Positions 37,971 to 51,327 of a stretch of 64,000 nucleotides of DNA are shown here, one piece after another. The DNA is taken from assembly GCA_035221665.1 (NCBI GenBank), contig CM069164.1:12152001-12216000 (forward strand), written 5' to 3'. Both the position numbers and the translations under genes were made by a program. The notes under the pieces are model-generated. The model saw only the letters and a list, made by a program, of their open reading frames with translations, was not told the DNA's origin and made no database searches. Each line of letters begins with the position of its first letter. The stretch's first letter is position 1. The DNA comes from Okamejei kenojei (Eukaryota).

Positions 37971-38544
37971 CATTTTTTGATTCCTATAGTATTCCCATAG
38001 AAACAAGTTCTAAGAGTTTACAAGTTCATTGTTTCTATAGGCATACTAGAGTTAATCGAGTATTGAAAGAAGTGCAAAAAAGGAATTAAGGAGGAAATAT
38101 TAGATTTATAGAGAGAGTAAAAGAGAACAAAAACACAGGAACACAAAAGAGAAAAGTAAAAGTAAAAATGAAAAACATTAAAAATTAAAAAATCTCTAAG
38201 GAAAATTTACTACATCCATGATACTACCTTCTATGATAAGTTATTAATTAGGATTACTTTAATCATTGTATTGTTCAGATTGCTCAGTGGAAACCAAAAT
38301 ATTCTATGGCAAGCATAGTGCATCCTTAAAATGTAAATACTTTGAGTACTTACAAGAAATGAAGTTTTTTGAGTGGGTGAGCTGCCAATATCATGCTGCT
38401 AATAGCAGCGTGACGGAAATCACCCAAAGCTAGCTGTAGACCTGCTCAATTTACATATCTTAGTTATTTTGTCAGCAAATTCAGGACAAAGGTGCTGGAA
38501 GCATGCAAGTTTAAGGAAAAATTTATGATGGAAGTCATACAGTT

Positions 38545-38980
38545 ACCAAAATGAAACCTGGATTAGAGGATATTCACTACAGATAGAGGTTGGACAGACT
38601 TGAATTGTTTTCTCTGGAATGACAGATGTTGCAGATCTTGATAGAAGTCTATAAAAATGTGAGATGAATAAAGTCAGAACCTTATTCCCCAAAATGGAAA
38701 AAATCAAATACAAGAGGGCATATTTTTAAGGTGAGAGGTGAAAGATTTAAAGGAGATGTGCAGGGCAAGTTTTTTTTTTACACGGTGGTTGGTGTGTGCT
38801 TGGATCATGCTGCCCAGGGTTGTGGTTGATGCAAATGCAAGAGTGGCATTTAGACATTTTGGATAGGCATATAGATACACAGGGAAAGGAAGGGTATGGA
38901 TTATGTGCAGGCAGATAAGACATGGTCGGCATCATGTCCAGCACAGATGTGGCCAAAGGGTTTCCTCTGCTATACTGTTG
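38545..38980 (+). mobile_element. CR1-type LINE 3' fragment
   Basis: gagaggttggacagacttgaattgttttctctgga ... tttaaaggagatgtgcagggcaagttttttt. Confidence 0.72.
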
Positions 38981-39659
38981 AGATTTGGTTCAGTTGAAAT
39001 TTGTGCAAAATGGTGTTTGAAAAGTTTGCCCCTCCTGGTCATGTTCCCAATATAGGACTAGTGAAGGTGAGCCCAGCCATTTACTGAGTGTGAACAGTTA
39101 AAGCTGAGGCACAGGAGCATGGCATCCAGCAGTGCACATCATAGAAGTCCCTTCACGCACTCTGTACATGCATTTGTCCACGACAACACTGGCAGACTTC
39201 TGAACATCCCATCTTCACAAAGAGGATGTACTCCATAATGTTACGTGGTATTACAAATGTGCTACTTGGGATATTTTCAGTACAGATCTGGCAGCTCCCT
39301 TGAGGTGCCATGATCCATCAGCTTTAGCAGTTGACCATCACAATCAGTTGCCTCATGGCTCAGTGCGTTCCTCACTCCACCATTACCATTAAGCAAGGAG
39401 CTTGTTAGGAGCAGTAAATAGAAAAACTGAAGGTGATGGAAAACCAGAATAAAAACAGAACATATTCAATCTAAGTATTAATTCTGTTTGTCTTTCCGCA
39501 GACACTGGTTGATCAGTCGGACGTTTCCACAACATATAAAAATTATGAGGTGTCAACCTTGTGAAGCTGCAATGCAGGTCTACCAATGAAAACAGCGATT
39601 TCACAATAAACAGTAGATTAGACCCGTACAATCCTTTCACATCTTGATACTAATGGTAG

Positions 39660-39995
39660 TGGACAATGAAACCGTTGGAGGAGGACCCTCGGCCAATATC
39701 CTCATTCTCAAAGAAGGCAGAGGTCAGCATTTGAGTGGTAACGAAGAGGCTGAAGTATTGCAAACAAATTAAGCCAGACGCTTGAAAGAAATTATCCACC
39801 TCAGCTTTCTCTTAAGATCCCCACCATCACAATTCAATTCAATGAAAGCCACGTGATATCAAACAAATGACTGAGTGCACTGGATACAACCAAGGCTATG
39901 GGATCAGAAAACATCTCTGTAGTACTGAAGAACATCACTCCAGAACTAGTTGCACCTCTACCCTAACTGCTCAATAACGGCTACAACAGGAAATG
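39660..39995 (+). mobile_element. CR1/L2-type RT fragment
   Basis: Reads approximately LSALDTTKAMGSENI ... VLKNITPELVAPL, typical of the pre-RT region. Confidence 0.6.
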
Positions 39996-41131
39996 TTGTC
40001 CATCTGTAGGCCATAAACAAGACTAATCGAAAATGTCGAATTAGGATTTCCAGATCAGCATCTTTACAGATTTTTAACTTTCATCTGGGTCTCAGGGTAC
40101 TAAAGGGAAATGTAAACAATCTTCCTCTACATCTGCCTTCAAAATCAATACCTAATGAAACAGATAACTGCAATCAATCAACAGCTGGAGGCTTGGTGTT
40201 ACATGTTTCGCACAGTGGCTTGGAAATCACCAGAGTACCAAAGTATTTTGCCAGTCATCTTTGACAAGTAAAAGCCATGAATCTCTACCAAACAGACAGA
40301 AAATCTTCCCATAAATTAGATTATACAGCCTGTAGCTGAAGCACAATGTTTAAACATTAAAATTATGTTTTATATTTTCCTAAAATATTTGAAAATTGGT
40401 GGAATACGTGAAAGCAGAAATAACTCCATGACCTTCAAATCAGCGTGGCTATAAAAAAAAACTTCTTTCACCCCGTTACAAAAGCAAGAACCGCTTATAA
40501 CAAAGTCAGTTTTCTGAATATCTCAGTCTGAACAAATTTTTCCGTCACAGGGGACCAGCATGCTAGCATGACATGAGATGTCTGCTTATACACTGACAAA
40601 ATGGAGAACATAAAATGCACTGGGGAGAATAGACTTTGACAACTTTTAATATACCACTGACCTTCTATTTCTTCAAAATCTTTGACTGAGTAAAAAGGGC
40701 GACTGCAATTCAAATCAACACCAAAGCAAGCTCACAGGTCACCACCACAACTGTCTCAAGGGCCAAAAATGGAAATTAATTAAATTTTGTGCATCGCCTT
40801 GTAAATGCCCGCCACTATTGTTGATTTCCACATTAATTTTTATTGCAGGCCTCCACAGTTCCCCAGACACGGCATGCGCTCTGCCCTTCCTATTGTCTGG
40901 CTAAACATTTCATATCAAATACGCATTTCAATGAACTGTTCTATTTTTAAATAGTAATTACAATATCAGCAATTTTTTCTGTCATTAAACAATGAACAAT
41001 CATACACTGATGAAGGAAAGTCACTCAGAGATTAAATGTGAATAAATCTCTCCCCGAGCTGGGTGCCTCTGTTGTGGATCTCTTTGACTTGTGGCCAGGT
41101 GATTTGAATAAAGATGTCCCCCTGAGCGTAC

Positions 41132-41205
41132 CTGGGTGCTCACTCCAAAATCGCACAGCTTGACCTGTCCTCGTGTGTTCACCAGCATATTAGAGGGTTT
41201 GACAT
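41132..41205 (-). CDS. MAP2K5: MAP2K5 coding exon (~exon 14), (D)[24 protein letters not shown]
   Basis: 74 nt, CAG acceptor, GTACGC donor; catalytic loop and DFG motif. Confidence 0.97.
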
Positions 41206-42064
41206 CTGCAAAGGGACAAAAATAGGAGGCAGAAACAATCCCTTATAAAAGCACCTCAGAATTTAATGATTCTGTAATTACAGCTATGACTCAGTAATGC
41301 AGAGGATGAAAGCAACACAAAGGCTATATAGATTGAAGCGACAAGCTTTGCACCTGCTGCACACATGTACAATGCCCCTGAATAACAAGTATCAGAAAAG
41401 GTTTTTCAAATCAGCGAATATTTTCATTACAACATTTAGTCACAAAATAAAATTGTATCATTTAATTAATATCATAAGATCGTTGATGTCACAAAAAAGA
41501 TTTATCCTGCATCATTTTTTAAAAAGTACATTACATTATTGTTAATGATTTATCAAAGAGCTCTGCTGGAGGTCCTTACCTCGATTTTGGCAGCATCTCT
41601 CTCCTGCAAGGCATCGGTTCAACCACAGTATAATGCAGGAGGGAGCTGTCAATTCTGAGCTAGAAACTTTCAACAGAGCTCTAGAAGCAAAAGTAACCAA
41701 TAAGCCTTAAAAGCATTTCAGCTTCATTCATATCAATTGTGAACTTTGCTCTGAAGTTTCTTTGAAGAGTTGTAGCTAATATCATCAGCAGGAAGTGGCT
41801 TGAACTCTTGTTACTAAATTCAATATTATGAGGCAACTGGAATAAACAGACAAAGTCATTTATCCCAGGTGCTTCAATTTCAACTCTGCATGTTAATTTA
41901 TCTCTTTCATATAAGGCTGAAGGGTAACTTTAAGCTGATTCTTCTAATGTAGTAACCATTGCTAAGAGTTCAACAAAAATATCGAACAACAGAAACAAAC
42001 AAAAGGGATGCTCAAGCTAATGGTAACACTTTGTAGCCTGTTATTTTTAGCAAGTATTCTGCAA

Positions 42065-42373
42065 CAGGCAGCTAACGAGTGACAGGCGGGTTCCATTTTC
42101 ACAGACGTCCATCGGTGGATTTTGCCCGTTGGTTCGAAAATTCACAAAAATCACTTGACATGGTCATCATACCTCCACATTATTGCAATGAATAACACAC
42201 AGATAGGAAAGAACAATTATTAAAAATGGAGAGAGAAGGGAAGCTAGTTCTGTCGTATGATGTATGTATGCACATACTGCCGTATAGAGGTATGTACCTA
42301 CATTGTACTTTTTAGTTTAATAATATTATGGAAGCTCGCTTAAATTAGGTGTTCGTAACCCAGGGACGGCCTG
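42065..42373. mobile_element. Possible non-autonomous pogo/Tigger-like DNA transposon
   Basis: Right end gttcgtaacccagggacggcctg resembles Tigger-type TIRs; the left end caggcagc...taacga is degenerate. Confidence 0.45.
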
Positions 42374-44354
42374 CATAGTGAAACTCATGCTTTCGAATTA
42401 TCTCTGCTAACCTTTAAATGCAAACAAGTTAATTTCACCACCTCATGTTTAACTGAGATATAATTTTAAATTACCGGTTCTCCTCCCTCCTTTCCCATAA
42501 TGTTCAGTAAATAGATGTCCTGGGCAATGCAGTGTTTTGATATGCCAAAGTGTGACTGATCTTACAATGAGAGCGCATGTCCACCAACTGATCTTTTGGT
42601 TGGGTGAAAAAGAATAAAGCAAGGAGTGGGATGTATAACGTGTATGTAAGTCTAGAGAGCAAGATAAGAATTCTGGACACCATAAATGTCAAGAGCAATC
42701 CTCAGACCACACTAAAACTGTTCAGGGATGTACACCTAATAATTATGCAAGATGATTTCATTCATCGGCTATTTTATCCAGATTTTCACCCACTGGTTTT
42801 TCTGGAGTTACTGACACAGAGAATTATGGCAGAGAATTAATTATATGATGGGATCTGGTGCGCCTTTTGACTGATGTAATCTCACCGTGCAAAAACATTG
42901 GTAATTTACTAGAATAAAAGGCATGAACTTCCTGGGGCCAACAGCATTGGGTGATTTTCCAAGGTTATATCAAAATTATCTCATCACCAATAAGATGTAC
43001 CGGTTTTGTTTGGGCTTAGGTCAGCATTTCTTGACATTAGTGACGCTAAGACATAATATGGATATAATGCCTAATCGCCACAGCTGAGGTGCAGTTGCTC
43101 TGTTGATGTAACAGGGTATTTGAGAAACAGCGCCATCACTGTTCATTTTTAAAATAAAAGTTGCAATCGTCTATTTGTTTATCCCAGTCTTTGCAGAGAA
43201 TCTGCTAGAACTGATGAACCTATCAAGATTATTTTATAGGATGCTATATTTCCTACTAAATAGTTTGATAATTAATTTGATATTTTAACAACTACTTCAC
43301 TGCATTAAATTATAGGAACATAGTAGCTTACTCAGAAAAAATCTGACATCCAAGTTACACAAATGCATGAGAAACCAAGGGCAAAGGTAAATTAAATTAG
43401 AGCAAAATCACTGAAAATACGACTTCTGAAACAAGAGTTTGAGGTTCCTTCCACCTAGAGCTGTAAGCACCTGTGGAGTAATATATCCTCTATATGTCAG
43501 GCAGCAGAAAGACCTGAAGGTGAATTTAACAGAAGCAACAGTGCTGCCCTATGACTTTAAAGTATTTGAAACTCAGAAAACAATGAAATATCTCATCATC
43601 CCTGGCATATGAATACAAGAATGCATAGCCTCACATGAAATGCGATTACATTTTAATTTGATGCTAACCATATTCAGTTTTAAGTTAAAAGAGTGAAAGT
43701 AAATCAAGTATAGCACTTTGTGTCCTTTTGTGTAATAACCAGCATCTACAGTTCCTTGTTTTTACACATATTAATACACAGTGAAAGGAAATAAAATATC
43801 TTACACACAAGTATTTTTTATAGAGATTCAGCACCCAAGTATGAATCAGCTGTGGTTTTGAAAGCTTGTAAATATAGCTGGCGCCAGTTGATGGAGAAAT
43901 GGCTAATGTGGCGGATTAGATCAATACTGATGAGCTTGGATTAATGGGAATGATCTGATAAATGAGGCAAGTTCATTTCCACCAAAGTGTCTCAATTAAT
44001 AGGCTTCAAATCAAAATGATGTTTTAAAATAAAGCCTGTATATACAGTTATAGTCATACAACAAGAAGTGGCCCATCAACCACCTTATTGCCCTCTACAC
44101 TAGTCCCATTTATCCGTATTCGGCAAAGCAGAGACAATATTACTGGAACTCACATTTCTCTGAACACCAAAAGGAGTTTGAAATGGGTAAATATTCCTGG
44201 TTATTCCTGACTGATGTGTGACAGATAATTGTAGGATTAGGATCATTTGTGATATCTGTCAGTCCGCTGCCATTTGAAATATTTCATTGGCTTATTCAAC
44301 GCTTCATGAACTGAGCGAATCATTGGCCTCGAAGGATGATTGTATAGCAACAAA

Positions 44355-44640
44355 GAATCAGGCCTTTGGCCAACATATATGACTATGAAACACAATTTTA
44401 TTCTCCTCATATTCCCACTCAAATTCTGCCACTCACCTACACACTAGGAGCAATTACCATGGCCAATCAACTTACCAAGCTTCAGTTCTTGTGGATGCGG
44501 AAAGACAACTGGCACAGCTGAGGAAACTTGTCTGGCCACAGGTAGACCGTGCAAAGTCCACACAGTAGCACCAGAAGTCAGGATTGAACCTGGCTCACAG
44601 GAGCTGTGAGGCAGCAGCTCGAACCGTTACACCACCACTA
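44355..44640 (-). mobile_element. tRNA-derived V-SINE, diverged
   Basis: ggattgaacc B-box and V-core remnants. Confidence 0.75.
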
Positions 44641-44920
44641 ACATTGTTATTAAAACATTATCTTTTCATGCCACAGCCCAATTCCATTATTATAACTGCT
44701 GAATACAAATGAGCTACTGCGACAAAAACTGATTTAGCTATGCATTTAGTTATTTACAATAGCTCCAAGCAAAGGTATTTAAGATTGTTGACATCAGTGA
44801 GTTGAAAACCAGTTTTGTATTTATCCGTCATCTGAATTATTTTGAGCTACCAGATTAAGCTATCAGAGGGAAGTCAATTATATATTTCATTTAAAAGGCT
44901 TAACAAAAAGTATTACCCAC

Positions 44921-44969
44921 CACGGTGCAAAATCTTTAGGCTCCACAGATAGGTAAGGCCTTTCACAAC
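44921..44969 (-). CDS. MAP2K5: MAP2K5 coding exon (~exon 13), VVKGLTYLWSLKILHR(D)
   Basis: 49 nt, strong polypyrimidine tract plus CAG acceptor, GTGGGT donor. Confidence 0.96.
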
Positions 44970-46474
44970 CTGGAAAATGAAGAAAAGAAAAAAACATTAC
45001 AATTTACCCAGCCACCCTTCACAATCTCGAATTTAAGGAACACTAATTCTACAGTATCTGCAGAAAAAAAACTGTAGAGATTCAGTTAGATTCAAAAAAG
45101 TCGGATAAAGCTAATAATTCAGAAGTTCACATGATAACAATGAATGCCAACACCTGCAGTAATTCTCAAAATATAGCAATGATACAGGATTTGTACAGGA
45201 TTTATCCTTTCTACCTTGTATTATTACTGACATTTTGGAAACTTTTTTTTTTTTGTTTTTCTTCATAAATCTAGATCCAAAATTATAACAAAACTTCTCT
45301 CAATTCACAGAAGGTGAACTGAGGTGAGCAAATGAAATCTATTTTGTCTGTAAAGCAGGATCTTCTTAATTAGTTTTTTCTGATATTAAACTAAAATATA
45401 AAATAACACATCCACTCTTGAAAGGCTGGCATTTGATATACTGAGTCTTTGACTTATTCAGACTACATCAGCAGCAGTTTTTTTGCATAGCATCAAAAAC
45501 AAAGTAAGCTGCTATGAATGCATAATGCTATTCATCTTTGCCAAAAATTGTTACATTGCTTTTCTAGACATATAAGGTTGATGGGTTTTGAGAAAACCTG
45601 ATGCCCACTCAGAGTTGATGAGGTCTGTTGCTGTGTCACTCTATTTACGTTCCAGTGCCATTCAAGATAATCACACCCATGTCTGTGCTCTGAAACGCTG
45701 GGGATTTATTTTAACAAAATGGTCTAAATGGCTGGGTGTATTTTGATTATGCCAGACCCTACTGAATAAACAGCAACTGTATACAGCCAACACAGCAAAT
45801 GTTATGACACATTCTGGAAGGGTTAAGCAACGTCCAATTCATGTAGGTTAAAACAAGCTTGACCTGGCAAGACTCTAGTGATGCAGTACACAATACTGCT
45901 TGGCCTTTAATGTTATACCTGAAGCTGAAGCATGCAGATTGTGCTTGTGTTTTTATACATTTTGTCTCAGGTGTTTAGAAACAGCATTTTCTCTAAATTG
46001 AATTTTCTAATATAAATTATAAGTAGTAACAACCATTTTTTACCTTTTTTACATTGAAGGGAACATGCCAAAAAAAGCTGACCAAAATGTGTGCTCAGCT
46101 AACTTAAAACTTTAATTTCATAAAATTATTCAAATCTGTTTTCAATTATTTCCCTGCTTTATGACATATATATTGTATCAATGTGAAAATCCTTCAAATT
46201 CAAGGTAACTTGTATAACGTTTGGTGTGCACAAACTCCTAAAAACGTACAATGAAAGAAGAATCAGTGATTGCATGCTCTTGCCCCAAGTATTTGTCCTT
46301 GGATTTTTTGTTTGCATTGTATGGAAGTCTAAGGAGCATTAGAAGATGAACAAGCTCAGAGAAGAAAGCAGGTAGGAAAGGCAGAGATGAGAAGCTTATG
46401 AGATGGAGCACTTTGTATAGATTAAATGTAACTGAACATAAATTAAAATGTTATATGAAGGGGTCATGGCCTCA

Positions 46475-47530
46475 GAAAAGCATAGCATATAGAACAGTAC
46501 AGTGCAGGAACAGGCCCTTCAGCCCACAATGTCTGTATGAACATGTTAAACTGATCTCATCTTCCTGCAGGTGATTCATATCTCTCCATTCCTTCATATA
46601 CATGTGCCTATCTCGAAGCCTCTTAAACACCACTTTCGTATCTACCTCCAACACCACTCTCAGCAGCATGTTTCAGACACCCACCACTTTCTGGGTAAAA
46701 AATGTGCTCCTCACATCTCCTTTAGTTTAATTTATTGTCACGTGTACTGAGGTACAGTGACAAGCTTATGTTGCATGCTAACCAGTCTGTGAAAGACGAC
46801 ACATGATTACAATCGAGCCATCCACAATGGATACATGATAAAAGGAATAACATTTTGTGCAAGATACAGTCCAGTAAAGTCTGATAAAAGATAGTCCGAG
46901 GATCTCCAATAAGATAGTGGCTCAGGACTGCTCTTTAGTTGTTGATAGGGTGATTCAGTTGCCTGTTAACAGCTGGGAAGAAACAGGCCCTGAATCTGGA
47001 GGTGTATGGTTTCTGTACCTCTTACGTGATGGTGAGGGGAGCAGAGGGAGTGACCGGGGTGAGACTCGTTCTTGATTACTCTGGTGGCCTTGCCGAAGCA
47101 GCATGAAGTGTAAATGGAGTGAATGGAAGGGAGCTTGGTTTGTGTGATGGTCTGTGCTGTATCCACGATTTTCTGTGATTTCTTGCAGTCGGATGGAGCT
47201 GTTCCCAGACCATCTGTGCTGCTTTCTATGATGCATCAGTAGATGTTGGTGAGAGTTTATGGAGACATGCCGAACATTCTAAGACTTCTAAGGAAGCAAG
47301 CCTTTAATCTTTATCCCTCTGATCTTAAAGCTCTGCCCTTTTGTCTTTAACATTTCCACCCTAGGAAAAAGGTTCTGACTGTCTACCGTATCAATGCCTC
47401 CCACAAATCTATATACTTCTATCAGGTTTCCCCTCATTCTCTTACACGCAAGAGAAAGCAATCCAAGTTTGTCCAACCTCACCTTACAGCTAATAGCCTC
47501 TATTCCAGGCAACTTTCTGGAAAACCTCTT
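46475..47530 (-). mobile_element. CR1-type LINE 3' fragment (host of the Rex1 insert)
   Basis: ORFs RLDKLGLLSLACKRMRGNLIEVYRFVGGIDTVDSQNLFP and VVFKRLRDRHM, followed by a typical 3' tail. Confidence 0.8.
46725..47298 (-). mobile_element. Rex1/Babar-type LINE 3' fragment nested in a CR1 3' fragment
   Basis: TAQTITQTKLPSIHSIYTSCC ... HPGHSL. ccttta on both flanks, and the host CR1 sequence resumes after it. Confidence 0.75.
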
Positions 47531-47826
47531 CAGCACAGAAAGGACGTATATGCCTGAGGAAAAGTTCTTGAGAAATAACCATTTAATTTGAGTGAGATAA
47601 CACACATGGAGTCAAAACAAATGTGGCATGGAGATCTGCCATGAACTAAGTGAACAGCAGAATAGGCTCAAGGGGCAGGAGTAGCCCATCCCTAGGGTTG
47701 GAGAACAAGGGAATGCACACGTCATCCATTTGCCTTTATAAAGTCACACGTTATTGTTAAACATTATCTATTTTAATATTTTTATTTTTTATCTGAATTG
47801 CAAAATGTACAATTTTGGAGACAGTA

Positions 47827-48430
47827 TGGGCCTGTCCCACTTAGGCGACTGCAGGATCCTATGCAGTCGCCATGTGGTCGCTACTCTCCATGGCGGCTTC
47901 ATTATGGTCGTCACTAATTTTTCAACATGTTGAAACGTTTGCGACAACCATAATGAGGCCGTGACTAGTTCCCAGAATGTGGGAACTCCTCACACCATGA
48001 AGGCGACTCCCCGGAAACCACCTGTGGCAACCATGTGGTGACTGCATATTCTCCTGCAGTCGCCTAAAAAGTCGCCTAAGTCGGAATGTTGAAAAATTAG
48101 CGGCGCCCAGAATGAAGCCACCATGGAGAATAGGAAGAATTCTCATGCCGTAGGTGGGTCGCCAGGAGGTCCTAGTGGGTTGCCAGGAGGTTGAAGGTTC
48201 TCGTAGGTTGTAGCCGGTGCTGACCGGTGAATTTCATAGGTTCACTGGGGAAAAAAAACGTAAGCAGTAGTTTTCAGAACCAAGGATAACCGACCGGTAA
48301 TATTAAATGTCCGCCGAGCTTCACAGCCGTGTATCTCTGGCTGCATTCTGTTGCACTCTGACAGTCGCCGTTCCAGCTGCCGGTTTTTCAGGTTTTTCAC
48401 CTGAAAAATAGCCTAAGTGGGACAGGCCCA
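47827..48430. mobile_element. PIF/Harbinger-type MITE (604 bp, composite)
   Basis: 20-bp TIR tgggcctgtcccacttaggc; flanks GTA and TTA; CpG-rich interior. Confidence 0.85.
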
Positions 48431-48911
48431 TTAATGTTCTGTGCAACTTGGGTTGCAGTAATGAAAGATTAAAAAAAAATAAAGCTCCACAGTGTCACTA
48501 CTGGTGGAGTATGTAATTGCAAGGGCAATTTTCATTAAAACCTGAACACATAATGTGATGTGGGTAAAATGTTCACTTAGTGGCTATAGTGTAGGCAAAC
48601 ACATCATCTTCACTTTCTCAATAGCTCAACTGGATTTCAACAATAAAATTTGCAACCAATTTCTAAATGCAGCAGAGCTAAGGAGGTCAATGTATTTCAA
48701 TATTTATTCTAAATATTGAACGCAAAGCTTTTAAAAAAAAAACAAATATCAATTTTGCACAGTTGCCTTTGATCCTTAACAACGTTGCTCAAAATAGTAG
48801 TGGATATTTTTAAGTATTTCAAAAAGAGCAATGTAAACCTATTAAAGAGCAATATCAATAGTGGACTGTTACAAACAGCGTTCATTGATACATGCAATAT
48901 AACTTGATTCA

Positions 48912-49060
48912 TGTTGGACATTTGGACAGGTACATGGATAGGAAAAGTTTAGAGGGATATGGGTCAAATGTGGGCAGGTGGGACAAGTGTAGATGGGCCA
49001 TCTTGGTTGGCATGGGCAAGTTGGGCCGAAAGGCTTGTTTCCATGCTGTTATAACTGTTT
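48912..49060 (+). mobile_element. CR1-type LINE 3' end
   Basis: ttggacaggtacatggataggaaaagtttagagggatatggg ... gttgggccgaaaggcttgtttccatgctgt. Confidence 0.75.
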
Positions 49061-51327
49061 GGAGAGACAAGTGACTGAAGAATAAGGCAAGAAAATAGGA
49101 CATTTGTTGTACCTATGGGAAAAGTCCCTGTTTACATAATAGCCTTTTCTTGTACAAAACTTCAACTGTTCTGTTTAAAAAATAAAATTCCATGATGCAA
49201 TCTCGGGATAATTTAACCTTATAAATCAGAATATACAATTATAATTTGTTAAGATCTATTAGGCATAAGGAACCCACCAGAAGCTGTCTGATGTCCGCAC
49301 CATAATGGCCAAATACTAGTTTAGAAGGTGTTTCATAAACCACCATGCTTTGGAACACTGTTTTTGAAATTCTACTGAACTGTGTAAAATAAGAAAATAT
49401 TTTAGAGCTGTACTAAATGGATAGTTTAGTTGTCTCTACCAGACAGTAGCAAAGTCTACAAAAGTATCAGAGTTAAAAAGTGTTATATTGGACGATACGT
49501 TTCATGGTCACTGGGGATTTTCTGACCTTACTTTGTTTGCCACGGTGGTCAGAGGAGAATTTCCCAAGTTCCTTGCTCTCCTGAACTGATATTATAAAAA
49601 TTTGTTTCTCTACTTATCTCGAGAGATTATATGCCTGCTGGTATTGGGAGTTAAAGGGATAATGATGTCTAATTGCAAAATGACTGCATAAGACCAGCAC
49701 GGTGGACCAGTTACTTTGCTCTTGTCCGTCACATATTTACATTCAATTGCACATCACATTGGTGTTACGTTCTTGCATAAAGTAAATTTCTGCAGTACTT
49801 TGTGACATGCTGTGAAAAATGGAGCTGGAACTGCAGAACAGACTGTGCATACCATGATAAATGTAATTCTGCAATGCAAAGCAGATGGAAATTTACTGAC
49901 ATTTATTAATAAATTCCCAAAACAGTACACTGGAAATAGAATGCAACGGGAGAAGATTGGAACATTTCTTGGTATGTTCTAAAATAGCTGGCTAGCTATT
50001 GTCTGTGGTGGCTATGTCTACCTATATCTAGCTATGTCTGAGGTAGCTGTCTAAAATAAACAAAATAGGCAACTAAATGGAAATCATACAATTCAGATCA
50101 AAAATGAAAAATCTTTATTTCCTACTGTTATAAAATAAAAAAAAATAGAAGTACAAATAAGATTGACTGTAAATTTTAAATATATTAAGAATGTATGTGA
50201 CGATAATATTTTCTTTTTGTATTGCTTTGATTTTATATTTCTTCTTAATATGTAATTACTTCTAATAAAAATATTTTACACAAAAATGAAAAAAACTTGG
50301 TTTATGTTGCATAACCCCCTATTCCCCAAAGCATTTTAGTCAATGAAGCAGTTTGAAAAAGTAGGCACCAAAGTATTCACATGTTAAAAACTGCCAAAAA
50401 CACATGTGGTTTAAAAGTAAAATTCTCTCTGGATTAAAGTACCCTGAATTTATTGGGTTAAAGGAGAATGAATTGTAATATTTAATCATGGGAAAGTTTA
50501 TAAAAGCCAAGTGACCATGACTAAGACGTAATTTTATTCCCCTAACACTGTAACTAAAATTAAGCGATAGTTATCTCCAATCCCTCCTTCTTTCTCAGTA
50601 TTAAATACTTCCAATGCATTAGTGGAATAATGTATGATGATAGGTTTAATTGATCAAATGTTTGCAAAAACTAGTATATCCATCTTTCCAAACAATTCCT
50701 ATGTCAAATTATGATGTAGAGACACACAAAAATGTGTACTCTTCACATGAAACAACAAAAGATTTTTCAGCATGGAAGCATTCCTTTGAGAACAAATAGT
50801 AAGTGTGGGTGTTAATACTCCACAAGTGAAGTCGACTCCTATCTACGTATTCTTTGCTTTACAGCACATTTTCTATTTCACAATCTCTCCTGCATTTGTC
50901 AGTTTTTCTTTTGTAAGTGCCAAACCCATTTACCTCAACCATTTCCTGTGGTAGGAAATTAGTTTACAACCCCTCTCACAAAACAAATGTATCCTTATTT
51001 CCCTAATGGATTTATTAGTAATTACCAATGTATTTCTCTGCCCGATGATATTCCTCAATGTATTTCTCTCCAGAATTTAGATTCTCCCAGAACTGAAAAT
51101 ATTCTCTAAATTTCGCCATTCAAAATTTTATGACAAGCTTTTTTTCCCCTTTTTCTATCCCAAATGTATTAATAACCTATTGGAGGTCAGTCTCTTATTG
51201 TACCGATTTTGCAATCTTTCTTTTGTTAAAAAAAATGAGGTAGAATAGGTATTTTATACTTTACGCATTTCACTGCAAGTTTATGTTGCTCATCCTATTC
51301 CTTCCCCTCATTTCCCTTTGTTGTGTA

